Assembly (NCBI RefSeq): GCF_006345805.1
Contig: NC_043010.1
Coordinates: forward strand, 48,608,001 to 48,672,000
Direction: 5' to 3'
Length of the DNA: 64,000 bases
DNA from: Octopus sinensis
Taxonomy: Eukaryota
The stretch's first letter is position 1. Each line of letters begins with the position of its first letter. A program made the position numbers and the translations under genes. Shown piece after piece: positions 52,784 through 64,000 of the stretch. Under the pieces are notes generated by a model. The model saw only the letters and a program-made list of their open reading frames with translations, did no database searches and was not told the DNA's origin.

Positions 52784-53080
52784 TAAAGAATAAAAAGTTT
52801 TGAATGGTACAGCAATGCACTATAATACAAAAAAAATGGACTAAATACCTGTTGTAATTTAGTCATACATACTGTGATATGATATTTTGGAATATTCTTC
52901 TTCAGATATTCTTAGATGGAGTCGCTGCTATAATCGGAGCAACTCCATCTAAGAATATCTGAAGAAGGAAAAATATTCAGAAATATCATCGGACTATGGA
53001 TAACTAAATTACAACAGGTATATAGTCAATTTTTTGTATTATAGTGCATCGTTGTACCATTTAAAACTTTTTATTCTTTA
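52784..53080. repeat. ~139-bp imperfect inverted repeat with a 19-nt loop
   Basis: ...ttcttcagatattcttagatggagt [cgctgctataatcggagca] actccatctaagaatatctgaagaa... Confidence 0.9.
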
Positions 53081-53809
53081 GTTCATTTTAAACATTGATA
53101 CATAATTTTGTGTATTTTGTGAGGAATACTGTCATAATTTTTACATTACAGAATGTTTATAATACACCTTGATAAATGACTTATAACATGATAAAACACG
53201 AGCGAGTCAAAGGAGAGTTGAAATCATTATTATTTGTTCTTAGGACATGTTCTTTCCATACCTTTCCAGCAGAAATTTAAATAAAATAAAATTGAGAGTC
53301 TGAATAAACTAATTCTGGTCTGTGTGGGAAAAATTCTTAGTTGAAGTTTCACTTTATGACAAATGATTTTTCTCGAAACGTCAGAGGCCTCATCTTACTG
53401 CAGTAAATGCATTTACTCAAATGAATGTTTGTATTTAGTAGAGGGTGACTGAACAGCAGATGGAAAGAAAGTAACAATCAGGCAGGAACGTCAAATGTAG
53501 CCGAGCAGAAACAAAAGAATTTTAATTCAGTGGCTGGAGTAGCAAGTATCTCGATTAAAATGTAATTGCATCTATGTGGAGAGGTTATTGTTTCGTTGGT
53601 TTATGTAACATCACTAGCTAATGGATCGACACACGCATGTGCTCGAGCGCATGCATGCACGCACGCTCACACACACAAACACATACACGCATATACATAG
53701 ACGCGCGCAACATACACACAAATTCACATAGTATAATGTAATTCTTTCTACTATAGAACTATATAGGTAAATGACCTGAAATTTTAGGGGAGAGGGGTAA
53801 TTTATGTTG

Positions 53810-53842
<33 letters not shown>

Positions 53843-53861
53843 TATATTAAATCTATGTTAA

Positions 53862-54570
53862 AGCAAGATTGTGCGATTGAGACGCTTAGTTTGCAATCAC
53901 GTCGTTTCGGGTTCAGTTCCACCGTGCGGCACCTTGAGCAAGTGTCTCCTACTATAGTTCCGGGTCGACTAATGCCTTGAGAGTGAATTTGATAAACGGA
54001 AACTATGTGCAAGCCGTCGTATATATACATATTCATACATACCTACATACATACATGCATGCATGCATACATACACACATACATACATGCATGCATACAT
54101 ACATACAAGCAATCGTATATACATACATACATGCAAGCATATATACATAATAACATACGGACATGTATACATGCGTGCATATATACATACATGCATATAT
54201 ACATAAATGCATACATACATACATGCATGCATAAATATATACATACTTACATGCTTACATACATACATTCATAAGTACATGCATACATACATGCATTGCA
54301 CACATACATATGTATATAATGTGTGTAATTTTTGCTGATGTGTGTGTATGTGTGTGTGCGTGTGCGTATGTGTGTGTATGTGTATGTGTGTGTGTCTGTA
54401 TATGTGTTATTCCCGCCCACTACGTGCTTCCGTTTTCGGCAAAAGACACAATAAAATCAGTTACAGACTTTAAAAAAAGCAAGTACTTGGGTCGGTTTGT
54501 TCGACTAGACCCCTCAAAGTGGTGCTCCAGTATGGCCGTAGACTATTGACTGAAATAAATAAAAGAATTT
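53862..54570 (+). mobile_element. SINE family B with an expanded internal microsatellite
   Basis: Head ~53862-54020 and tail ~54410-54570, separated by ~390 bp of TACA/TG repeats. Confidence 0.75.
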
Positions 54571-54663
54571 CATTAGATTAGTAACTTATGTCGAATCACT
54601 AGCTCCCATATTGATGGGAGTTATGGATGACACTCTTCTTTACACATCGTGCCAACGTCACAG

Positions 54664-55181
54664 TCTTTTTTACTCTTTTGTTTTAGTCAAGTAACTGTGG
54701 CCATGCTGGAGCACCGAATTTTTAGTCGAACAAATCAACGCAGGACTTATTCTTTGTAAGCCTAGTACTTATTCTATCGGTCTCTTTTGCCAAATTGCTA
54801 AGTTACGGGGACGTAAACACACCCTCATCGGTTGTCAAGCGATGTTGGGGGAACAAACACAGACACACAAACATATACACACATACATACATATATATAT
54901 ATATTTTAACCTTTTAAAACAAGCCTTCTGTAGTTTTTTCACTTTTTACTATTTTCTCTCTCTCTCTCTATCTCTATCCTCTCTCTCTCTCCTATATATA
55001 TATATATATATATATATGCGACGGGCTTCTTTCAGTTTCCGTCTACCAAATCCACTCACAAGGCCTTGGTCGGCCCGAGGCTATAGGAGAAGACACTTAC
55101 CCAAGGTGCCGCGCACTGGGACTGAACCTGGGACCATGTGGTTCGTAAGCAAGCTACTTACCACACAGCCACTCCTACGCA
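54664..55181 (-). mobile_element. SINE family B, full length
   Basis: Reverse complement of the family B head and tail. Confidence 0.9.
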
Positions 55182-55318
55182 TACAGTGCTAGGATAATTA
55201 TTGATTTTATCTTGCGGCGTTCGTTTTATAGGAACATAACAGCTACCGTTATGTGACTATAAAAACTTTGCATTAGTGTATATCGCTGAACCAATTTATC
55301 ACTCCCTGCGAATTAATC

Positions 55319-55410
55319 TACAGGGTGTGCCAAAAATCACATACGAAGTAAGTTCAATACTCCGAGGAATTGCCAGATATGCTTCAACATTTCTAAAATT
55401 GAATAAAATA
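55319..55410 (+). mobile_element. Possible Tc1/mariner terminal fragment
   Basis: TA-CAGGGTGTGCCAAAA resembles a Tc1/mariner TIR start; no matching other end found. Confidence 0.35.
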
Positions 55411-55554
55411 AATAAAATAATGATGAATACACTCATACTTTTACATGAATAATACTAATGATGATGGTAATGATGATGATGATGATGTTGATGTTGATGA
55501 TGATGATGATGTGATGATGATGATGATGATGATGATGATAATAATAATAACAAC

Positions 55555-55598
<44 letters not shown>

Positions 55599-55629
55599 CA
55601 ACAACAACAACAACAATAATAATAATAAC

Positions 55630-55688
<59 letters not shown>

Positions 55689-55692
55689 TGAT

Positions 55693-55910
55693 AATCCTTT
55701 CTACGACAGGCACAAGGCCTGAAATTTGTTGGGTGGGATTAGTGGATTATATCGACCCCAGTGTTTCACTAGCACTTAATTTATCGACCCCGAAAGGATG
55801 AAAAGTAAAGTCGACCTAGGCGGAATTTGAACACAGATCGTAGCGACGGGCGAAATACCACTAACCATTTCATCCAGCGTGCTAACGATTCTGCCAGCTC
55901 GCTACCTTAA
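55693..55910 (-). mobile_element. SINE family A within (AAT)n
   Basis: Family A core with (AAT)n on both sides. Confidence 0.88.
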
Positions 55911-55983
55911 ATGATAATAATAATGATGATAATAATAATAATAATAATAATATAATAATAAGAAGAAGAAGAAGAAGAAGAAA

Positions 55984-58900
55984 GAACACCGGGGGACTTT
56001 TAAGATGTAAGAAGGAAAATTCAGAGCTCCGAAACCTATCCACAAACATCGAAAACAAGGACATCCTATGGAGCCAAAGTTTTACTAACAAAGAATTGGA
56101 CTGTATCCGAGTAAGTAATACTAATTGAAATTTATTACTATTTTCGAAACGAAATGATGTATTTTGACTCGATATCATCTCCACCTCTAACGCAACACAT
56201 GTAAACATGCGTGAAACATCACGATCATCCCCGACTCCAAACACCATGTACAAAGGAACTACGAAGAAATTAAATGCCACCGATACTATTCAACCCAAGA
56301 ATAACAATCGAGCGGTACGTACATTAAACCTACAACAAAAAATGTACGAAAAACTACACGTGCGAAATAATGTGACAACAGAAATAAACGGACCGGTACC
56401 CTACGAAAATGACGACCGTCAAAATAATGGGCCGGACGTTGTACCTCATGTCCCGCAAATAAAACCCAAAAGACGTAAATGGACACGTGAGGAATACATT
56501 TCTATCTTACACGCATACTTCACAGCAGTACTCTACCCAAAAAATGAAAATACAACAACACATACATATAAAATATGGAAGGAAAATAATAGAGATATAG
56601 ACTTGGATACAGCAATGAACCCTAATAAATTAGCTAACGTACGAAGATACATTCTCAACACAAAAAAATATCAGAAATAGAAATAGAACACCTAAAAGAA
56701 AACATACACCAGGAAAATGTAGATAGAAGCCACACAACAATGCCCAATAATATAAACACTGAAACTGTAAAACACGAAGACAAACGCAACATTCCCAACA
56801 AACACGATGTAAACAACGAAGGGGAGCCTAATGATTATGATAATATAAAAAATAAAATAATCAAAGAACTGAAAACCACAGAGCTCAAAATGGACCACCG
56901 ACCATACCTCCCAAGAATCAAAATAAACGAAATAACAACACCTATTATAAACAGCATAAACCTAGCCGTCACTGAACTGATAGCCACTGAATAAAAAAAA
57001 AGTGATATCACTGAGCTAAATAACCTAATATACGCAGCAGCCACTGCAGCCACAAAAGAAGCTGGATACTCACCCAAACCCGCCCAAACAGGAGTACCAC
57101 CACCCAAACAAACCCTGTGGATAAATAACATCCAAAGCAAAATAAAAAAAATTAGAAAAGACCTGTCGATTCTTAATGAAATCAGCAAACAATCAACGCT
57201 ACTGAGCAACAAAAAGAGAACAAAAATACTCCGCAAATATAACATCACAGAGAGAAAGATTTGCCTGAAATAAAAGAAAAGCTGAAGCAAGATATCCTTG
57301 CCAAAGCACAAAGGATCCGCCGGTACAAGAAACGCCAACGCTTCTTTGAACAGAACAAAAAGTTCAACTCCGACCCCAAAAAGTTCTACCAAGAACTGGG
57401 CAAAAATAAAATAGAAGTCACTGCAGCACCAACGGCAGAAGAATTGGAAGAATTCTGGAGAGAAATATGGTCGGCGAACGAACACCAAAAAAAAGGAGTA
57501 TATCAAAAAACAAACTCGGCATCTGAACAACTTTGGACCCCCATAACAACTGAAGAGGTCACCCAGGCACTGCAAAAACTAAGCAACTGGAAGGCACCTG
57601 GGCATGACAAGATCCCCAACTTCTGGTTGAAATATCTAACAGGAATGCACAAAAAGCTGGCTGAAAACTTTAACAACATACTAGCAGAGCCAGAGACAAT
57701 GCCTGAATGGCTCACGAAGGGGAAAACCATCTTAATTCCCAAATCAAATGAAACAGAAAAACCAGAAAACTACAGACCAATAACCTGCCTCCCTACTATG
57801 TTCAAGGCATTTACTGCAGTGATATCACAAAGGCTGAACAAGCACCTGGACGAAAACAAACTGTTCCCAGAAGAGCAGAAAGGATGCCGCAAAGGCTCAT
57901 ATGGCTGTAAAGATCAACTAATGATTAATAAAGCCATAACTGAAGACAGCCACAGAAAGAAGAAAGGCCTCAGTATGGCCTGGATTGACTACAAAAAGGC
58001 GTTTGATAGCATCCCCCACACATGGATCCTCGAAACACTAGCCATTAACAAAGTAGCACCAACAATCATAAAATTCATAGAGCACTCTATGAATAAATGG
58101 CAAACAGTCCTACACCTCCAAACAAAAGAGGGACTCATGAAAACAAAGACATCCCCATTAGAAGAGGAATATTCCAGGGAGACACGCTCTCTCCACTCCT
58201 TTTCTGCTTGGCACTGTCACCTCTATCTGATATGCTAAATAGAACTGGATGCGGATATAAATGTTACGGCAAAACGATCAGCCACCTTTTATATATGGAT
58301 GACCTAAAACTATACGCTGCAAATGACAAACAGCTGGAAACACTATTAAAGACAGTTCATGGATTTACCAAAGAAATAGATATGAAATTTGGATTAGAAA
58401 AATGCGCCAAAGTAACCATGAAAAGAGGAAAACTAGTTAAGAGTAACAACATCACACTAGATAAAACCAATGAAATAAAAGAATTAGACCAAAGCCAAAC
58501 TTACAAATACTTAGGAATCCATGAACTAGATAAGACACAACACACACAAATGAAAGAGAAAATAAAAAAAAAATATTATAGACGAGTTAGATCAATACTA
58601 AACACAGAGCTCAATGCTAAAACAAGATAATAGGTATCAACACTTTAGCTGTCCCAGTTATAAGTTACAGCTACAATATCCTTAACTGGACACGAAATGA
58701 ACTGACCAAAATAGATAGGAAACAAGAAAAATAATGACAGGATCTAGGATGCATCACCCAAAATCTGACATAGAAAGACTATATATACAACGTATAGAAG
58801 GTGGTAGAGGCCTTATACAGCTGGAAAACTACTATAAAATAACCACCATAGGACTGCAAAAATATCTACTTCAGAAGGAAGGAAAACTGATCCAGATAGC

Positions 58901-59953
58901 GGCAAAACACGAGCAAAACAAAAAACTGTTCTCAGTATTTAAGGAAGCTGACAAATACAAACAAGAAATCATACCACCTAATAAACATGAAGAAGAAGAA
59001 GAAGATGAAGAAACAACAAAAGCTATAAAACAAATGAAATCCAAACTAAAAATAGAACAGCAACGAACCATGATAAAACGATGGCAAGAAAAGCCCCTTC
59101 ATGGTAAATACTGGACTAAACTAAACGCAAAAGAAATAGACAAAGAAAAATCCCAGCAATGGTTGAGAAGCTCAGGACTCAAAGCAGAAACAGAGGGATT
59201 TTTAATTGCAGCACAAGACCAAAGCCTCCCCACCAGAAATTACCAAAAACATGTAATGAAAAGAAATATTACAAGTAACTGCAGAATATGTGGAGATGGA
59301 CAAGAAACAATAAATCATATTATCTCTAGCTGCCCAGTCCTGGCTAAGAAGGAATATATTCACAGACATGACAGAGTTGGAACCTACATACATTGGAAGC
59401 TATGCCAACATTATGGAATAACAACAGAAAAAAGATGGTATAGGCACACACCAGAAAAGGTCACAGAAAACGAGAAAGCAACCATACTCTGGGATATGCC
59501 GATACACACAGATAGAGAAATTAAGGCCAACAGACCAGATATAGTTGTCAGAGATCATGAAGAAAAAAATGCTTTCTAATTGATGTATCAATACCGGCTG
59601 ATGACAACGTGTCTCTAGAAAGAGAATGGAGAAACTCTCAAAATACAAAGACCTGGAAATAGAGGTAACTAGAATGTGGAATCTGAAAACAGAAACAATT
59701 CCTATCATAGTAGGTGCATTAGGCATGATAAAAAAATATTCAGACAAATACATAACAAAAACACCAGGACTTACAAACACATATAACATACAGAAAATTG
59801 CACTACTAGGCACTGCACACATCCTACGCAGAACACTTTCCATACAATAACCATCAGAGCATCACAACAAATCACAGCACATACCCAAGGCACACAGAGC
59901 TGCGCTCGGTAGTGAAGTGAAAGCACGCTATAAAAATAAAAATAAAACTACTG
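55984..59953 (+). mobile_element. Near full-length R4/Dong-clade site-specific retrotransposon in an (AAT)n tract
   Basis: ~220-bp 5' UTR, single fragmented ORF, ~100-bp 3' UTR; (AAT)n(AAG)n before and (AAT)n after. Confidence 0.95.
56207..59850 (+). pseudogene. Myb-like/RT/CCHC/REL polyprotein (~1200 aa if repaired), several frameshifts
   Basis: KRRKWTREEY (Myb-like), NWKAPGHDKIPNFWLK, YRPITCLPT, AWIDYKKAFDSIPH, GIFQGDTLSP, YMDDLKLY, CRICGDGQETINHIISSC, TDREIKANRPDIVV, EKLSKYKDL. Confidence 0.92.
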
Positions 59954-60097
59954 AATAATAATAATAATAATAAAATAATAGTAATAGTAATAGTAATAGT
60001 AATAGTAATAATAATAATAATGATAATAACAATAATAATAATAATAATAATAATAAATATTATAATAATAATAATAATAATAATTATTATTATTATT

Positions 60098-60213
60098 CTC
60101 TTTGACTTTTATTTTACATTTGCACAAGCTGGCTCCAAGTCTCACCCAGAGACCTCAAGAGACAACAAGCTGGAAGTTCATGTTGGTGTTATGCCTAAGG
60201 TGCCATATATTTG
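60098..60213 (-). mobile_element. Extreme 3' end of an R4/Dong-type element
   Basis: Same 3' UTR family as 17911-17995; (TTA)n on both sides of the plus strand, i.e. (AAT)n on its sense strand. Confidence 0.6.
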
Positions 60214-60230
60214 ATTTTATTATTATTATT

Positions 60231-60286
<56 letters not shown>

Positions 60287-60288
60287 CA

Positions 60289-60361
<73 letters not shown>

Positions 60362-60368
60362 CATCATT

Positions 60369-60399
<31 letters not shown>

Positions 60400-60409
60400 T
60401 TATTACAAC

Positions 60410-60760
60410 ATTATTTGACTAGAAAATCTGACAGTTTTGTCATAGTAAAAGAACAAAGCAATTATCGCGGATATCGGTCCACCTAGGGACCACAGGGTAA
60501 ATGAGGAACCTATGGAGAATCAGGCAAGTAGAAGTAGTACCGATCGTGTTTGGCGGACTGCACGCAGTTAGCCAAAAGTTAGATACATAGCTTGAGTAGC
60601 TAGGAATTACGATCAGAACGGGTCAGTTACAGAAAACTGCAAGGGTTCTAAGTAAGGTGCTAGAAAGTTGAAGACGAGCCTTTGATATGGCTCACGCTTT
60701 TGGTTTAGTGTCAGTATAACACCTGCCAGAGGAAAACGTCAATGAAAAACATAACGATAC
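60410..60760 (+). pseudogene. Decayed R4/Dong REL C-terminal fragment
   Basis: MRNLWRIRQVEVVPIVFGGLHAVSQKLDT*LE*LGITIRTGQLQKTA.RVLSKVLES*. Confidence 0.75.
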
Positions 60761-61121
60761 CAAACGTTTTGGTGTGTGACTTTTTGCCCACCATGTATGA
60801 CTTTCCCCGCGACTGTTCTGTTATCATAAGAGTAATCATACGTAAGATGTTCTGCTTAATTCTAGCTATTTACAGCTCCTTTGGATTTATTAATGCAATA
60901 GATGGATTTCTCTTGAAATCTACCTTATTGTCTTTCAGAGGAAAATATGGGTCTCTAGGGTTAAGGAGTTTAGATTTATCATTTATACATAGGTTTTAAG
61001 TGATTTCTCAAGAGTTAGGATTGACTTGAAACGCTAGTTCTAGCTTAGAGCAAACAGACACACACACACATGCACACGTATGCGCACACACACACACATT
61101 ACTAATCCTTCTTCCTCTATG

Positions 61122-61152
<31 letters not shown>

Positions 61153-61275
61153 TTATGTATACACACACATACACACACACATATAATTCTTCACTCTCTC
61201 ACACACTTTGTTTACTTATGTTTACATGCAAATATGTATGTGCCTCTATGTGCCCATGTACATGTATACATACAC

Positions 61276-61342
<67 letters not shown>

Positions 61343-61727
61343 TGTATACGTACACACAAACGCATACACAACATTACCTATATATCTATATCAATATCTA
61401 TATACATATACATATACATTACAGATGCACATGTATATACCTTGTACGTACAGGTATGCACATAAATACGTGAACACAGACAAAACGTATATATGTTGAA
61501 ATCTCATTGAAAATTACTTCAATCAGTTAAAGAGTTGTGAAGTAATACTGAAGTATGTATTATATCGATATATCATATCGGCGATTCGCCGATATTGAGA
61601 CGCGGTCATATAATGAAGGATGCCAGCAGTGGAATCAAAAGCGCACTCGTTGCAAAACTTTAAAAAACTTCACTCCTTTCTTTCCTCTTTTCCTGTTTTT
61701 CGTTTGTTTTATGTTTTCTTTATTACT

Positions 61728-61761
<34 letters not shown>

Positions 61762-61797
61762 ATGTGTCTCTGTCAGACTGTTAGTCTCCTCGTTTGT

Positions 61798-61851
<54 letters not shown>

Positions 61852-62095
61852 CTCTACTGATTCGTTTGACAGCTTACCTATACGTTAACCTATATGTCTG
61901 ACCATACAGTTTTCTGTGGTGTTAGCCAGTAGCGTTATGTGTCAATTTATGTACGTAAACGTATATATGTATATATGTAGTATACATATATGCATGTATG
62001 CATTTATGTATTCCTGTATGTATCAGTCATGTATGTGTTCTATATATATATTATATATATATATATATGGAAAAATAAGTCAAGGTAGAAAATGC

Positions 62096-62153
<58 letters not shown>

Positions 62154-62293
62154 ATATATATATCAAATTAAATACACAACCGAAAGAGCTACTTATAGTT
62201 TCATGTTACTATTATACTTGAACAGGCATATTTATGAAATACGCCATGTATCTTAAAACAATCTTTCAGGCTTTGTTTATGTGTTTCTCTTTT

Positions 62294-62713
62294 GCTCTTT
62301 TACTCCTTTACTTGTTTCAGTCATTTGACTGCGGCCATGCTGGAGCACCGCCTTTAGTCAATCGAGCAAATCGACCCCAGGACTTATTCTTTGTAAGCCT
62401 AGTACTTATTCGATCGGTCTATTTTGTCGAATCCCTCAGTTACGGGGACGTAAACACACCAGCACCGGTTGTCAAGTGATGTGGGGAGGGGGGACACAAA
62501 CACAGACACACAAGCATATACACACACATACCTATATATATACATATATATGACGGGTTTCTTTCAGTTTCCGTCTACCAAATCCACTCACAAGGATTTG
62601 GTCGGCCCGAGACTATAGTAGATGACACTTGCCCAAGGTGCCATACAGTGGGACTTAACCCGAAACCATTTGGCTCGTAAGAAAGCTACTTACCACACAG
62701 CCACTTCTACGCC
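62294..62713 (-). mobile_element. SINE family B, full length
   Basis: Reverse complement of the family B head and tail. Confidence 0.9.
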
Positions 62714-63103
62714 TATATATAATTGTTTTTTAAAAGAAGGACGCTGGACAATAAGAAAATAAGTAAAAACATGGAAAAAAACGTGAGGAAAGTTTGTGCA
62801 AAAAATGTGAGATGGTTGTGAAAACATCTTAAAGAATTGGCTAAATGCCCATTAGATGAGGCAAAGAAGTGACCAGCAAGCCTTCAATATAAGCATATAG
62901 AGTATTTATAAAGCTTGTATAAAATTCTTTATATATATATTGTTTGTCGTAATGAGTCTTACGGTGTGCGACTCCCTCTGTGCCATAGGTGCCTTCCATT
63001 ATTTGAATTAGGTTTCCAGATTGAAAGTAACTTCACCCTTTCTCTCATCAGTTTCGGTGAGCTGAAAAAAAGTTGTGGTCGCTGTCTACCTTCAAGCTTG
63101 CAG

Positions 63104-63196
<93 letters not shown>

Positions 63197-63391
63197 GCAT
63201 CTTCTGGGTTTCAGTTGCTAGAACTCCTCCATATTGGATTACTATGTGGTCTGCTAGCCGGGTACACTAGTGGAGATTTCCGTGACAGTTACATGTTTCT
63301 CTCAATCCATATATTACACTTCAAATTTATATATATATATATAAAGATATGTGTGTGTTAGTGTATGTGTGGGTGTGTGTTTGTGTGTGTG

Positions 63392-63427
<36 letters not shown>

Positions 63428-63674
63428 TAAAGTATACTGTTCCGTTATTAGTGGATCCAACAACAAATTTACTCCATCGAGCAAGAGATGAATATTTAAT
63501 AAACAGGGGATTTAAATGTGCGCTACTATAAACTTCATGCTCTGAGAGTACAATAGTCAGGTGAGTTAGTATAAAGTGCCGTGTATTATTCGTGTGCTAT
63601 TCTGCAACATTTCAGTCTCAAAATATTTTATTCTAAGCTTGAAAGATAACATATATGACCTCGCCCGACTACTG

Positions 63675-64000
63675 TACACAGACATGATAGAAGTACATAG
63701 ACACCCCATAAAACATCGTTTTATGTTTATTCGAACTTCTAAAGGTTTATATTTTTTTTTATTAATTGACATTTTTTATGTTTCAGGTTCTATATGTGAT
63801 TGTTTAATTATGCCATGTACAAAAGAAGCCTTGGAACTGTCTGAATTTCAAAGAGGCTGTATTGTGGGTCATTCTGAAGGTGGACATAATCAGCGTAAAA
63901 TAGCTTTTTACTGCTAATAGAGTGATTGTGCAATTCACCAGAGAGGGGAAGGAGTTCACATCACCTCGCCCAGATTGACCAGGGCCCCTCTAACAGGACT
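63675..64000 (+). mobile_element. Tc1-like transposon left end and decayed transposase N-terminus (runs off the window)
   Basis: ATG at 63810: MPCTKEALELSEFQRGCIVGHSEGGHNQRKIA, then NRVIVQFTREGKEFTSPRP (HTH + GRP-like motif); TA-CACAGAC putative TIR start. Confidence 0.8.

Noticed and set aside
55984-56060. Ribozyme in the Dong 5' UTR (agaagg...ctccgaaacc)
   Set aside because: Only partial motif similarity; stems do not close.

Overview
AT-rich, microsatellite-saturated eukaryotic DNA with no confidently identifiable host protein-coding exon; it reads as intergenic or intronic sequence. The SINE families and microsatellite load suggest an octopod cephalopod (inference from recall, not a database match). 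There is a 100-N gap at 32687-32786. Content: (1) at least nine R4/Dong-type (RT + restriction-like endonuclease) retrotransposon copies, mostly in (AAT)n tracts, including a near full-length frameshifted copy at 55984-59953; (2) two Penelope-like elements (RT thumb + C-terminal GIY-YIG), one folded into ~960-bp inverted arms; (3) several short non-coding fold-back elements sitting in (TA)n; (4) minimal hammerhead-ribozyme-like motifs at the PLE 3' ends and in some short elements, several with non-canonical cores such as CCGACGA; (5) four tRNA-head SINE families, non-autonomous Helitrons, a hAT MITE, Tc1/mariner, CR1 and RTE fragments; (6) a 64-bp dimeric satellite built from a SINE segment. 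The best candidate for an undescribed system is a microsatellite-resident network of Penelope-like elements and non-autonomous, hammerhead-bearing fold-back elements. All calls were made by eye with no alignment, folding or database tools; coordinates may be off by a few bases.
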